Positions 48,857 through 62,600 of a stretch of 64,000 bases of DNA are shown piece by piece; positions within the stretch are counted from its first letter, which is position 1, and every line of letters starts with the position of its first letter. Source of the DNA: Podarcis muralis (lineage: Eukaryota). The DNA lies in contig NC_135656.1 in the NCBI RefSeq assembly GCF_964188315.1, forward strand, positions 68,820,001-68,884,000. The letters are read 5' to 3'. The position numbers and the translations under genes are program-made. The notes below the pieces were generated by a model that was not told where the DNA came from, searched no databases, and saw nothing but the letters and a program-made list of their open reading frames with translations.

Positions 48857-49779
48857 ATACATTAGCATCCTATTGGAACAACAAAAGAGGCACAGTCACA
48901 TGTAGCTCAGTGCCGGATGCAAAGTAATGTTGTTTGGATGGTCAGCCAATCTAAGTTGTGAAAAAAGAGCAAACCAAATTAGGAGGACTCAGCCTGTCCT
49001 CCAGTTTGCGGATGAAGTCACTTGTATTCCTTTGGACCTGGATGCCACATTCAGTTACTGAGAAGATCAGGGGTGCCAACTTGAATAAAAGATTGTGGGG
49101 GCCCAGGTAAGCCCCGCCCTGCATAATCGATCACATGGCACAGTTCAAACACACCATTTGAAAGGGAATGCCCATCAACTTTTGGGGGGCCTGCAAGTAT
49201 TTTATTGTGGGGGCCAAAGCCCCCACGGCCTCTAAGAGTTGGCTCCTTTGGAGAGGATTGTGGCTAGATCTAGGATTCTGACAAGATGTGAGCCCCACCA
49301 CTTGTGGTTTTGACACAAATCTTTGAGAGGGGAGTTGTCTTGTTTGACAGGAGATGTTAAATGCTTCCTTAAGGGAGGGAGAGACACCCCCTCCTGCCTT
49401 AGAAGAGCCTCTCCTTAAAAAAAACTAAAAAAAAGCAAGAACCCAAAAGACATAGAATCCAGTTTAAAGTTGAGCAAGGTGTTAGAGAAGACACGAGTTG
49501 TTGAGTGGTAGGCATTCCCAAGACCCTTTTACGGCTTCTCACTGGGCTGGGGGCCTGGAAGTTGCTTTGGTTGCCCTCGTGAACAGCTGTGCTGGGAAAT
49601 GAAGCTGCGGGTGGGGCATCCCTGAGGATTGCCCTGGAGCTCTAAGCAGGCTTTAGAACCACCCACTCCTCAATTCACTGTTATTCCCTTACTCAACCAG
49701 GAGGGAAGCAGTCGGCCGAGAAACAGCTCACAACCACCTTGCTAGGTAGTCCATTGCTAACAACCCCCATCAGGTACTG

Positions 49780-50480
49780 CTGAGGCTGAGAACGAGCAGT
49801 GCAGCGTCTGATGTTTCCGGGGTGGGGGCAGCAGAGGAGGAGCGACTTCTAACTGCCCCGCTCCAACCACTCGCAAGCCGACACGTTGCGCTCTCAGAAC
49901 CCCGGAAGGCGGTAGCAGGAGGATACGTTTCACTCTTCACTTTTCCTATCTCTACAGCCGCTGGGGGGCGGAGTTCCGGCCTACAGAGACCGGAGAGTTT
50001 CCGACGTCGATGGTTTCGGTTGCCTTGGTTCCCTTTCCTTTTTACCTCCGGGCGAAGGGTCGACCGGAAGCAGGAAGAAGAAGGGCAGGAGGGAGTAGGA
50101 TGGTCGTGGGTCGGGGAGGCGGTGGATCCGCGAGGTGCCTGCGGGGGTCGGCGGCCGCCATGGCGCTGCCGCCCCTGCTCTTCCTCCAGCTCCTCCTGGC
50201 CGTGTCGGTGCCTCGAGGGGCTGCGGAGCTCACAGACGGCAACAGCGAGCACCTGAAAAGAGAGCACTCGCTCATCAAGCCTTACCAGGGTGCGTGGGGT
50301 GGGCAGGGGCTGCTGCCCCCCGACTCTTCCGCCCCTTCCTTCTCGCCCGCCTTTCTCGAGCCTTTCTGCATCCTGGCTGCCCCTGGTTAACGTTCAGGTC
50401 GCGTTGGGCCAAGGGGAAGACTTGGTTTTGACACTTCAGGAAGTAGAGAGGAAAACCAAAGGGCCGCGGAGACAGTACTA
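49780..50480 (+). promoter_or_regulatory. CpG island promoter and exon 1 of LMAN2
   Basis: High CpG density; several ETS-type CCGGAAG motifs (near 49901 and 50064) upstream of the ATG. Confidence 0.8.
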
Positions 50481-51355
50481 TTCGTTTTGCACACATTCTT
50501 GAAGGACCCTCATAAATAACCAGGCGGGACCTTTCTGTGCCCAGGACAGCCCCTTCAGTTTGAAGGCCAGGAGGGGCAGGGCGGGGGTCGATTGGAGGCT
50601 GTGGTTTGTGTTATACGCAGATCCAGAGGAAAGCCCCAGTTGCCTGGTAAATAATATATTATAAATTAGTACAGTCATGTCCATCAAGTTGCCATGAATA
50701 ATCAGTTTTTGCTGATTATTCATGGCCAAAGAACGGGGAGAACAAGTGAACACAGTTCCCATCATTTTTGTGAGGTGGTGGTTTTGTGCCTAGTCTGTAA
50801 GTTCTGGTTTCCATGGTATCTTCTTTGTTTTAGGGGTTGGCTCCAGTTCAATGCCCCTCTGGGATTTCCAGGGGAGTACAATGCTGACCAGCCAGTATGT
50901 TCGATTGACCCCTGATGAGCGCAGTAAGGAGGGTTCAATCTGGAACCGAGTGGTGAGTGTGCTTCTGCATGGAAAAAGTGGTAGTGGGATGAGACTAGCA
51001 GTGATCGTGCCTACTTAACAATACCCAAAGTGTGAATCATTCTCAAAAGTGCTTAGGGCTACTATATTCTGTCTTCTAGCCCTGCTTCCTAAAGGATTGG
51101 GAGCTCCATGTCCATTTCAAGATCCATGGAATAGGCAAGAAAAATCTGCACGGAGATGGTTTTGCTCTGTGGTATACTCGGGAGCGCCTTACTGCAGGTA
51201 CTGAAGTGGGTTGAATAGTCAGGGTGGTATCCCACTGTGATGAATTCTGGGCCCCCAAATGCAGTTATAAGTGGATAGTTTCTGAGCTAAGTTGCTTAAA
51301 TTAGCATAGCATTATAAGGTGCAGCAAGTCCTTCTGAGTTCAGTGATATTTATTC

Positions 51356-51389
<34 letters not shown>

Positions 51390-54300
51390 AATTCAGCCTT
51401 ATGCCTATTCCCATATATATTTGTGTAGAGGGATGTTTTTAAATGGAGAAACATTCAGTCATGTGAGCTCCTACCTGCGGACTGTAGTGGCACAGCCCAG
51501 ACAGGTTTGCCATCTCAGTGAAAACTAGGCCTTCATAGTAAGCTCTTAAGAATGTTGGGTGAGCACTGCTGCATGGTCTTCTGGGAATTCTTAATTACAT
51601 ATCAGCTCATCGTTGCTTGAGAATGTGTGTGCAAATGCTTTATTGTTGTTTCACAACTAGATCTAAATTCTTACATACTTGACATGTTTCTATAGGAGAT
51701 GATGCATGTGCCATAGTAGAAAAGCTGCTGTTCGAGAAGTTGGGGGACATTCATCATAGTTATATTATTTGTGCAGAATGTTTGAAAATAATACAACCTT
51801 TCTTACAATGTTTGCTGGCAACATTCAAGTGCTTCAAACTGTATGGAAGTAATGATGCTCTCTACAGATTAATCTGTAGAGTTCTGCTAGGCTGGATTAT
51901 GTTGTTCAGTGGTGCAAGGATGCAGTTCTAGTCACCATACTCTGCTTTGTCCTGCTCAGGCCCTGTCTATGGCAGCAAAGATAACTTCCATGGACTGGCC
52001 ATCTTCCTGGACACTTACCCAAATGATGAAGCTACAGAGGTAAGTAATGACACACACTGGCTTTGAGGGTTGCTTGTACTTGCAAGCCAAGTACAGTCGT
52101 ACCTCAGAAGTTGAATGGAATCCGTTCCAGAAGTCCATTTGACTTCCAAAACGTTCGGAAACCAAGGCGTGGTTTCCGATTGGCTGCAGGAAGCTCCTGC
52201 AGCCAATCAGAAGCTGTGTAGGACGTTTGAGTTCCAAAGAACCTTTCCAAATGGGAATATTCACTTCTGGGTTTGCTGCATTCGGAAGCCAAAATGTTCG
52301 ACTCGCAAGGCATTTGGGGTCCAAGGTACAACTTTATGGGGTTTAATATTAACTAACTGGAATTGTCTCACAGACAAGTGGAGCTTCCATATGCATATAT
52401 GTTTGCTTCACAAGTATTTAGGGTAAGAGCTACATGCAGAAGATTTAAAACCATGCTACTTTTATTGTGCAGCGTGTGTTTCCATACATCTCTGCCATGG
52501 TGAACAATGGATCCCTGACATACGACCATAGCAAAGATGGTCGCTGGACAGAGCTGGCAGGCTGCACAGCTGACATTCGTAATCGGAACCATGACACCTT
52601 TTTGGCTATCCGTTACTCCCGGGGACGTCTGACAGTAAGTTGGCTGGGGTACTACGTTGAGTGCATTCTTCATGGGTTGCCTTAGGTGGGGAACCTTTTT
52701 CTGTCCCAGTGGGCCAGATTCATATCTTTCTCCCGCAACTCTGTGGGCCAATTTTGACAACTCGCCTTTCAATCATTTGGAAGTACCAAGAATTGAGTTT
52801 GCAAAATGCATTGTACAGTGGTTTTCAAGTGCCTGACAACCACCTAGTTGGGTGTTTGGGAAAAGCTATGCAATGGGAATCAACAATGCCTGCAAAGCAG
52901 CTTCCAGTAGGTGTTGTTGGGGTAGTCAATGGTCAAGGATGATGAAAGCTGTAATCCACGACATTTAGAAAGGTCCAGTTTGGGGAAGGTAGCAAGATAC
53001 AAAATATAGAACAGATTGTCTAGACAATATAGTATGGTATGGTTAATTTCTCTTCCTCAGAATTGAAGCTCTAGTGTGCTTGTAAGGTTTTTTATGTGGT
53101 TGGGAGAGTGAAATTTGGATTGTTCTTCGCATCCAAGATGTCACTTATTTTGCAGGTGATGACTGATGTGGAAGACAAAAATGAATGGAAAAATTGCTTT
53201 GATGTTGCTGGAGTCCGCCTGCCCACTGGTTACTTCTTTGGGGCTTCTGCTGGTACAGGCGATCTATCTGGTAAGGGCTGCTTGCCAAAAAGGTGGAATT
53301 GGCTTTGTTGCCTAGATCTGTTATAGGTAAAGTAGAGCCATTTTTAGGTAAAGTAAAGACAATACATTTGTACTATTGAACTGGGTACTATGAGATCTTA
53401 AGTCAACTTCCTGAATTAATAGCTTCTTTATTTAAAAAAAGTCTTCTTTCTCTAAGAGATGGCATTTTAAATAAGCTGTACCACCACACTGCAACTTGAT
53501 GTCTTTGTTTCCTAGACAATCATGACATCATCTCAATGAAGTTATTTCAGCTGATGGTAGAACATCCACCAGAGGAAGAAAACATTGACTGGACAAAAAT
53601 TGAGCCTAGTGTCAGCCTTCTCAAGTCACCAAAAGGTGAGTTCTTAGTACTTTTGCTTTGAATGCTCATGAAGCAAACGGGAGATCGCTCCCTCGTGTGA
53701 GGAAGCATCCCCATATCTCTTCAGGGCATGCTAAATGGTCATCATTCACTTTCATGGAGCTGTGCTTGACCCTTGATTAGCTTGAAGCGGTAGACTGAAA
53801 TGAAAATCTTGATCCCTTTTACTAGGGAGAACTTAGGAATCCCAGTGCAATGACAGCTATAATCCTAAACATACGTTCTAGTATTTATGTCCTTCCGAAT
53901 TCAGTTAAATTCTCTGTGTAAATATTTGTTCATGTGTTATGAACATTTGTAATCTGAAGGTCCCAAGCTGGGATTGTTGTAAAATGTGCTTACTTGAATA
54001 GCCATACAATCTGTATCATGTCGCTGGCTTGAATTTAATTCTGGGTATAATTCTCCAGAAGCTCTCTTCTGCAGCTCAGAATTTTGACAATCTGTAATCC
54101 TGTTCCTGCATTCAAACAATGTGTATTTTGTAAAGAAATATGCTATGGTGCATGCTGGAAGCACAAGAGGTCCAGAGGGTGACAACATGAGAACAGGCCT
54201 TTTCTTTAGTGGCTCCCCTCCTGTGGGATGCTCTCCTCAGGGAGGCTTGCCTGGTGCCTTCTTGAATATATTTAGGACCAGGCAAAAACATTCCTCTTCT

Positions 54301-55749
54301 CCCAGGCCTTTGGTTAATTAGCCAATCTATGTCCTTTTAAACTGTAGGTGGGGGTTATTGCTTTGTTTGCTAGTTTCTTATGTATTTTTGTGTTTAATAT
54401 TGTAAACTGTCCTGTGATCCTTGGATGAAGGGAGTTATAGAAATTTAATTAAGTAATAATAAAAGTTGGAATTGATTAAAAAAAAATACTTTGAAATGTG
54501 TATAGGTATGCATATGCCATCCATACCCCAGTGATTCCCATCTCTCCACCATCCATGAGTGTAAAGATATGAAAGAAGTTTTAAATTTATTTTTATTATT
54601 TTATTATATTTCTATCCCACCCTCTCTCCCCAGGGTGGTAAACATATCCACAATTGGGGGTGGGGATTCTAAAAGCAGTTACAGTTAAAAACATTATTTC
54701 ATCCTATGGTATCAAGAGCTGCCAAGAGCAGTATTCTTCAGTCACTAAATGCCTGGACACACAGGAATGTTTTCAAATTCCTAGTGAATGGCTCACCTCA
54801 CTAGAGAGGACATTCCACAAATTAGTAGCCACCAATGAAAAGGCCCTGTCATGGGTTAATGCCAACCAGTCTGCCTCTGTGGCTGCACCACTGAGAACGT
54901 CATTTTATCACTGTTGTCTGAGCATACTTAGAAGCATTCTTGTGATCAGGAACCTTGATAACGCAGGATAGCTGATCACAGGGAGATTTCCAAGTACATT
55001 CAGCCAAATATGCTTAGAAGCCCCTTTTCAGGCCTTCCTGCTCAATGCAAGACAGCTGAGGGTGGAACAGAGCAATATTTGAAGACAGGTGGCATGCCTT
55101 CTCCTCTTTTCCCTACACACTCTGTGCATTCTTGGCAGTGCTAGAATCTCAGATATATAAACTATAGGCACCAAATGGCTTCTAATACTAGGGTTACATT
55201 CACCAAAATAGAATGCCTTGTTGGCATTTTGGGGCCAGGTGGCTTGAGATTCGTATTTTTCAATACGACTTTTCGATTCTTAAAATTCATTCTGATTGTG
55301 CAGATAAAATATAGCAACGTAGCTTGTGTTGTTAGTGTGTGAAAACAGTCGAGATCCAAGGATCCTCAGGCATGCACCACCAGATGATGAGAGATGTCAG
55401 GTACCATTCTGGCACCCGGGCATCTTCACTTGGTGGTCAATAGCCAGGTGTAAAATGCGCCTGGCTCCTGGCAAATTTCGACCGCTGATTCTTAGGGATT
55501 GTATTAACCCATTTCCTGTCTAGCCTGAGAGTGTGATGTGTGTTGTAAAATCTCTCTCTCCTTCTCTTTCCCACCTCCTCTCCTTTAGATAACGTGGATG
55601 ACCCGACAGGAAACTTCCGCAGCGGGCCCTTGACGGGCTGGAAGGTGTTCCTCTTGCTCCTGTGTTCTCTGCTTGGCATCATTGTTTGTGCCGTGGTGGG
55701 AGCCGTGGTCTTCCAGAAACGCCAGGAGCGGAACAAGCGATTTTACTAG
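50100..55749 (+). CDS. LMAN2: VIP36 / lectin mannose-binding 2 (L-type lectin cargo receptor), 8 exons, about 354 aa
   Basis: Exons 50100-50289 (...ELTDGNSEHLKREHSLIKPYQG), 50834-50952, 51080-51197, 51960-52039, 52473-52634, 53156-53270, 53516-53635, 55589-55749 (transmembrane helix, ends QERNKRFY*). All introns are GT-AG, phases are consistent, and the total is 1065 nt. An alternative in-frame ATG lies at 50160. Confidence 0.97.
51358..51387. repeat. (AT)n microsatellite
   Basis: Direct reading. Confidence 0.95.
52092..52336. mobile_element. Tigger-like MITE in LMAN2 intron 4
   Basis: tacagtcgtacc...ggtacaacttta termini with TA flanks; internal palindrome gattggctgcaggaagctcctgcagccaatc. 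Confidence 0.7.
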
Positions 55750-56533
55750 AGGGGGAAGCAAGCCCACATTCTGGGCATTTGGGAATATTTTTTACAGGGG
55801 GGAGGGAGAATTGTATAGACTCTGGCTTCGAAAAGGCTCTTTCAGAGAAACACACGGATTATTTTCATATCTTTTCCCCCCCACCTGGCAGCACAAGCCC
55901 GACAACATATGTCAGAACAATCAGGAAGGTAGGGGGAGCACCTTTTCTCTCTTTCTGAATACTATTCAGAGCCGTCAGCCCCTCTTTAACACCTTTTTTT
56001 AAAAGGGGGGGAAAGAACTGTGGTTAGAGGTGGGTTTCCTCCTCTGTGGGGCATGACTCTGCAACCCAGCTAGTATGTGCTGGTGTTTCTCTAACAGGGC
56101 AATATGTCCAGAGTCCTGCTGACTGCTGGCAGCAATTTTCTTGCCCGTAAGCCGCCTTCAAGGTGGATGTTTTGAACTGAATGTATTTTGTAATCTCACT
56201 GGCCCTGGTACTTCCTTTTAGTACCATCTCTTTCTCTACTGGTGAAAGTGAGACTAATTTACACCAAAACAACTGGTGACTATCAAATGTGATCTCTCCC
56301 GCCCCCGCCCCCTTGGTGATGGAACCTGTGATTGCATTGGTCTGAGAGAGTGGGAACTTGATTTTTTCCAGTTACTGTGGAGTATATGCCAAAATTTGGT
56401 CACAGACATTCAGGTCCTGCTCTGAATCATCGCATTAAACTTCTGAACTAGGTGGTTCTGGTGGTGGGACCTTGCCATAGCCACATAGCTGCGTGTGGAT
56501 TGCAAGATGATGGGTGAAAGAGAGGGTGTGTGA

Positions 56534-56539
56534 AATAAA
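56534..56539 (+). terminator. Candidate LMAN2 polyadenylation signal
   Basis: AATAAA about 785 nt after the stop codon, followed by a U/GU-rich tract. Confidence 0.5.
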
Positions 56540-56887
56540 AGTGGAAAACTGACCTCAGCTGCTGTTTGTCTTAATTTTATGGAGTTTGAGTAAGAATGGT
56601 GGGTTAATGGGGCCTTTAATGTGATGTAGCCTTGTGGCTTGGGCTCATGTTGGACTTGGTATGTATCACTTCACACTGCAGGTGGTGAATTATTTAAAAT
56701 GTAGGTGTGTGAGGAGTTCAGTAAGAAAAAGAGCCTTATTTCTTAACTGCATTTTTAGGTGCAGAAAGATTTGCAATCTTTTTGCTCACTTCTCAACTCA
56801 GTAAGTAAGCTAAGCATTGTTCATGTTTAATAATTGGAAAAGTTGGAGGTTACTTGACATAGATCACTTTCCCTTAAAGAACAAGAC

Positions 56888-57117
56888 TACAGTGGTACCT
56901 CAGGTTACATATGCTTCAGGTTACAGACTCCGCTAACCCAGAAATAGTGCTTCAGGTTAAGAACTTTGCTTCAGGATGAGAACAGAAATCATGCTCCAGC
57001 GGCGCGGTGGCAGCAGGAGGCCCCATTAGCTAAAGTGGTGCTTTAGGTTAAGAACAGTTTCAGGTTAAGTATCAACCTCCGGAACGAATTAAGTACTTAA
57101 CCTGAGGTACCACTGTA
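56888..57117. mobile_element. Tc1/mariner (Tigger/pogo-like) MITE
   Basis: ta-cagtggtacctcagg...cctgaggtaccactg-ta; sister of the copy at 7313-7528. Confidence 0.9.
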
Positions 57118-57428
57118 AAATGATTTAAGTAAATAAATGATAAAGTGAGTGCATGTGTATACACAAATGCTGCCAGCTGCTTATTTCTGTGCTATGGAAG
57201 GCTCTTCTGCTGTTGGCCCTACACTCTTGTCAGTGTCTTTTACTACAGCCAGGCAGGTGTTGCTAAAAGAGGAGCTTCTGAAGAGCAGTTTTAAGGTATT
57301 CCAGGCTTTTAGTCTTATAATCTAAAAGACATGACACGCAAGGAAAAAATATGAAAAGGGAGGAGGAAAACACACTCATACATCAGTTCTTAAAGTTATA
57401 GTTCAGCTAAGATGGAAACAGTTTAGGT

Positions 57429-57564
57429 CAGGCTTCCTTAACCTCGGCCCTCCAGATGTTTTGAGACTACAATTCCCATTATCCCTGAACACTGGTCCTG
57501 CTAGCTAGGGATCATGGGAGTTGTAGGCCAAAAACATATGGAGGGCCGAGGTTGAGGAAGCCTG
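57429..57564. mobile_element. 136-bp palindromic hAT MITE with perfect 8-bp TSD
   Basis: TSD gtttaggt at 57421-57428 and 57565-57572; 6 differences from the reverse complement of 38183-38318. Confidence 0.92.
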
Positions 57565-58059
57565 GTTTAGGTAGTTGACAGTATTGTTGCCATTGGGTAA
57601 TAGTTGAGGGAAGACCAGATGCAGGTGGCTTCTTAGCAGGGCAGATGGAAGGAATATGTTCTTCTCTGAAGCCTGAAAGTATGATAAGTATAATGATAAC
57701 AACTTTCCACTGGGCAATGATATCTGATTTATGAAAATACTTATATACCTCTGTATCATAAAAATATATCAAAGTGGTTTATAAAAATATAAAACCAGTT
57801 AAATCATAAAAAGTTTAAAGCCAAAAAATTAAAAACAAACAACAGTAGACCATGTTGTGAACTACTGTGATATGTTGTGAATCACCCTGAGATCTATCAG
57901 TATAGAGTGGTATGCAAATGTAATTAATAATAATTGTGTGGAGTGTACTCTTAACTGTTTGCATTGGCCTGGCTCAATATAAAAGCTTTCAGCAGATATT
58001 TAAAAGCTGGCATAGAAGGAGCCTGCTGACACACTTCTGCCCACCTCTGTCCTTGCTCT

Positions 58060-58582
58060 TAGAATCATAGAATTGTAGAGTTGGAAGAGACCCCAAGGGG
58101 CATCTTAGTCCAACCCCTTGCAATACAGGAATCTCAACTAAAGTATCCATGATGGATGCTCATCCAACCTCTACTTAAAAAACCAGTGAAGGAGAGTCCA
58201 TCACCTGGGGTCATCTATTCCACTGTAAAACAACTCTTACCACATAAAGCTCTTCCTAATGCTACATAGTTGGAATTGCCTTTCTTGTAACTTGAATCCA
58301 TTGGTTCAAGCCCTACATTCCCGAGCAGGAAAAAACAAGCTTGCTCCATCTTCCATGTGACAGCCCTTGAGATATTTGAAGGTAGCTAATCATATCTCCT
58401 CTCGGTTTCCTCTTTACTAGACTAAACATACCCAACTCCCTCCACCATTCCTTGTAAGGCTTGCTTTCCAGACCCTTGACCATCTTGGCCGCCCTCCTCT
58501 GCACATGTTCCAGCTAGTCAACATCTTTTGTAAATTGGGGTGCCCAGAAGTGGACATAGTACTCCAGGTGTGGTCTGACCAA
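58060..58582 (-). mobile_element. CR1 LINE 3' fragment, frameshifted
   Basis: Peptide [38 protein letters not shown]; agaatcatagaat tail remnant. Confidence 0.88.
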
Positions 58583-59129
58583 GACAGAAAATCCAAGCCA
58601 TTCCTGTTATCACATCTTTAGTGCATTTTGAACTGGGTTTCTGCACTCCCAATACTTGAGAAACTAGCTCAGGCTTGTGCTCTGGCTGCAGCAGTTTCTG
58701 TTCCAGAAGTCAGGGAGAGAGTGTGAGGTGTATTCTAGGACAGCAGTGTCTAAAGGGGTTTGGAGGTGCTAAGGGAGACGGGATGCCGTTAGCCAGGTGA
58801 TGCTTTCCAAATGTTGCACTGGAACCTACATCAGCCCTCTGCCAGCATAACCCACGTGGCCAGGGACGATGGGCATTATAGTCCAAAACATCTGGCAAGA
58901 CTGGCAGGATTATTGTAATAACCTGCAGTTTTATAAGAGTACAGTGTATATTTAAAGTAGATGAATAAATGAGCAAATTAAGCTAATTTGGATATGCAGA
59001 AGATATAAAAAATAAATTTAGGGAACCGTAGAAAGAGGCGGGAGGAAGTCAAGTTTTGACATATTAAAATGTTTGTAAAATTAGTGAAATGTATAAACCT
59101 GAAAAGCATAATTATATATATATTTTTTA

Positions 59130-59640
59130 AAAAAACACCTGGCAAGGCGCAGATCCCCGCCCCCGCGACATACGCCTTCGCTTCTGACCAATGGCACACC
59201 AGCACCTCTCCTGCAGGAGAGGGGAGGTTCTCCAGCGAACGGCCCGCTTCCTTCCCGAGGGCTGCTGGGAGTTGTAGTCCTGCCTCCTGAAGGCCGCGCG
59301 GCTGCTCAGCCCTCCCGGCTGGAGCGATTACGTGGCTCCAGGAGCAGAGGAGAGGCGGGACGCAGGCGCGGCGTGATGGCGGCTCCCGTGCGCAGCCCGT
59401 CGGTGCTCTTGCGGCTCTTGCTGCTGCTGGCCGGCCTCGCCTCGCCCGGCTGGGGCCTCTACTTCCACCTGGGCGAGACGGAGCGCAAGTGCTTCATCGA
59501 GGAGATCCCCGACGAGACCATGGTCATCGGTGCGTCTGGCGCGGCGGAGGGGAGAGCGGGGAAAGTGGCGCTAGCTGGGGGGGGGTCAGGTTCATGGCCC
59601 GGGAAGGGTAAAGAGGGGGTGGATCTGGGGCGCAGTGAAC
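59130..59640 (+). promoter_or_regulatory. CpG island promoter and exon 1 of TMED9, with CCAAT box, GC boxes and ACGTGGC
   Basis: ccccgccccc at about 59155, ccaat at 59188, acgtggc at 59330-59336. Confidence 0.75.
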
Positions 59641-62600
59641 TGGGGGCGCTGTGGGTATTAAAGGCTTTCGAGGGGCTGCCGATCGGGAAGAGAGTTGGGC
59701 AATGAAACTGTGGGTGAGATGGGAACACGGGAGGAGATTTACCTGTGTATAGCAGATGGTGATGGAGATTCAGCTGGGAAATTAAGTTATTTAACTGTTT
59801 GGGCGGCCAACTTTCCCCTCATCCTATTCCGTTTCTATATCACAGGGAATTACCGGACGCAGCTGTTTGATAAGCAACGGGAAGAGTACCTTCCGGCTAC
59901 TCCTGGCCTGGGCATGTTTGTGGAAGTGAAGGACCCTGATGAAAAGGTATACGGACACAGAAGAAGCCCACGTGCTCTGTTGCTCTGAGGGCAGATGTGT
60001 GTCTCAGGTGTATGGTGTAACCACAGACTATTTCTGCTCAGAAGTATAGAGAAAGGGGTCTTTCCTTTTCTGATCTTGGTCTCCTAAGGGCCATTATTTT
60101 GATTGTATCCTGGTCTGTTGTCTGGTGTGCTGATATGCAAGTGTTTCACCCATAGGAGCCAACTTCTAGGGGCCAAGGTCCCTTTGGCCTCTCCAATACA
60201 ATAATTGAGGGAGTCAGGGCATTGCCATTTAAATGGTGTGCATGTGCTGCCTCTTGTGATTGATTATGCAGGGTAGGGCTTACCTGGGCCTCCCCAATAT
60301 TTTATTCAAGTTGGCACACCAGACTTGATATGAAGAAGCAGGGTTGTATTTTTGGACCCTTGTGCCCGTTTGTGTGGCAATAGGACTAGTACGTTGAGCT
60401 CACTACATCAGTGTTTTGTGAACAGCTTTGGATAATTTGCAGACCACCTCTTTCATTCCCAAAGAAGAATCTGGGTGCATGACTGTTGAGAGAGAACAAT
60501 GCGAATCTCAAACTTCATGCTGTTGATTTGTTGTCATGGCCTTTTGCTGTGGAGACTCAGCAGACACCTGTTGGAGCTACAGATGTTGGCTTTATGGCCT
60601 GCAGAACTGGCAAAGTATCATGTTGATATATTATTGTATGTAGAACAGGCAATATATCATGGTGGAATAGATGCAGCTTGAAGACTTTATCCAGAAGACT
60701 TCAGGTACACAATAGAAATTATACAGAGCAGAGTATTCCAGAAGCATCTGTATAAGCAACCTAAAATACTGGTACTACAAATTCTCAGTGTTTCCTAATT
60801 TAACTGATTATGGCTGTGTGAACCCTGGTATCAAAATGGTTTTGGTATGTTTGGTTGACTCATACGTTACATTCCCTTCTGTTCTGTTCTGTAGGTGGTG
60901 TTGTCTCGACAGTATGGGTCAGAGGGCAGATTCACCTTTACTTCACACACACCTGGGGAACATCAGATCTGCCTACATTCTAATTCCACAAAGTTTTCCC
61001 TTTTTGCGGGAGGCATGCTGGTAAGAGGATTCATGCAAAGGGAAGATTTGTGTTTGGGTTCATTTGATTTGACAAGCCAGCTCCTGAAGCATCATGCTTT
61101 GGTGGGTATCTTCAGGCCCAGGTTTTCACTGTTGACGTTTCGAATTTCATTGCAGAGGGTCCACCTCGATATCCAGGTTGGGGAACATGCCAACGACTAT
61201 GCTGAGATTGCAGCCAAAGACAAGTTGAGTGAGCTGCAGCTACGTGTACGCCAGCTCCTAGAGCAGATTGAACAGATCCAGAAAGAGCAGAACTACCAGC
61301 GGGTAAAAAAAGGGGGACTGTGGGTGAAATTTAATGTCATGTTAAGGTGATAGTTCCAGCTTCGCAATTTTTTCCGCTTGCCAAATGGAACAATCTACTC
61401 TCTCCTCCCTCCATGCACTATTCTGGGGATTCTTACAACCCAATTTGAGAGGACAGGGATGGTGGGGGAAGTCCCAGTGTGCTAGTGGGACTCACTGTGC
61501 TGGCTTCTACTAGTGCAACATCTTGGTTGAATCCAGCTCTGTACTTCAGTGGCAGAGCACCTGCTTCATATGCCGAAGGTCCATGTTCACTTTCTGATGC
61601 CTCCAGTTAAAAGACTCTGGCAGCAGATGATGGAGAAGGCATTTCCTCCTGAGACCCTAGACAGCCCCAGCCAATCAGAGTAGACTGTACCAGCCTAGAT
61701 GGACAACTAGTCTGTCTTGGCATGGGTAGCTTCCAAAGAGGTTCTCAGCTGGTCTCCAGTAATGCTCTCTGTATAATAAGGCTGGGAAAGGAAGTGGTCT
61801 GCTTACATGCTTACATCGTACAGTTCTCATGTGGGGAAGAGGGCTTCTTTCTAAAGGGTAATACAATAGGGAATATGCACCCTTATTAGTTAAGGTTGTG
61901 CTATTTGCGGAAGGTAGACTTCAGCCACATTCATACAATACGATTAAAGCACTGTGATACCACTTTAAACAGTCATGGCTTCTCCCAAAAAGTCCCCGAA
62001 CAATAGGCTGTTAAGGGTGCTGAAAGTTATAGGAGACCCATTCCCCTCACAGAGCTGCAATTCCCGGAGTGGTTTAACAAGCAATCCCACTTCATAGGGA
62101 TTTGTGGGAATTGTAGCGGTGTGAGGGGAATAGAGGCCTTCTACAACTCTCAGCACCCTTAAAGTTGTTGTTTAGTTGTTTAGTCGTTTAGTCGTGTCCG
62201 ACTCTTCGTGACCCCCTGGACCAGAGCACGCCAGACACTCCTGTCTTCCACTGCCTCCCGCAGTTGGGTCAAACTCATGCTGGTAGCTTCGAGAACACTA
62301 TCCAACCATCTTGTCCTCTGTCATCCCCTTCTCCTTGTGCCCTCCATCTTTCCCAACATCAGGGTGTTTTCCAGGGAGTCTTCTCTTCTCTTGAGGTGGC
62401 CCAAGTATTGGAGCTTCACAATCTGTCCTTCCAGTGAGCACTCAGGGCTGATTTCCTTAAGAATGGTTAGGTTTGATCTTCTTGCAGTCCATGGGACTCT
62501 CAAGAGTCTCCTCCAGCACCATAATTCAAATTAAGCACCCTTAATAAACTCCCAGAATTCTTTGGATGAAGCCATGGCTGTTTAATATGGTATCATAGTA

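Noticed and set aside
49770-50431. Several 100-165 aa ORFs around LMAN2 exon 1
   Set aside because: CpG-island antisense and alternate frames; only the LMAN2 frame has homology.
59188-59206. ERSE (CCAAT-N9-CCACG) in the TMED9 promoter
   Set aside because: CCAAT is present but the sequence 9 nt downstream is GCACC, not CCACG.
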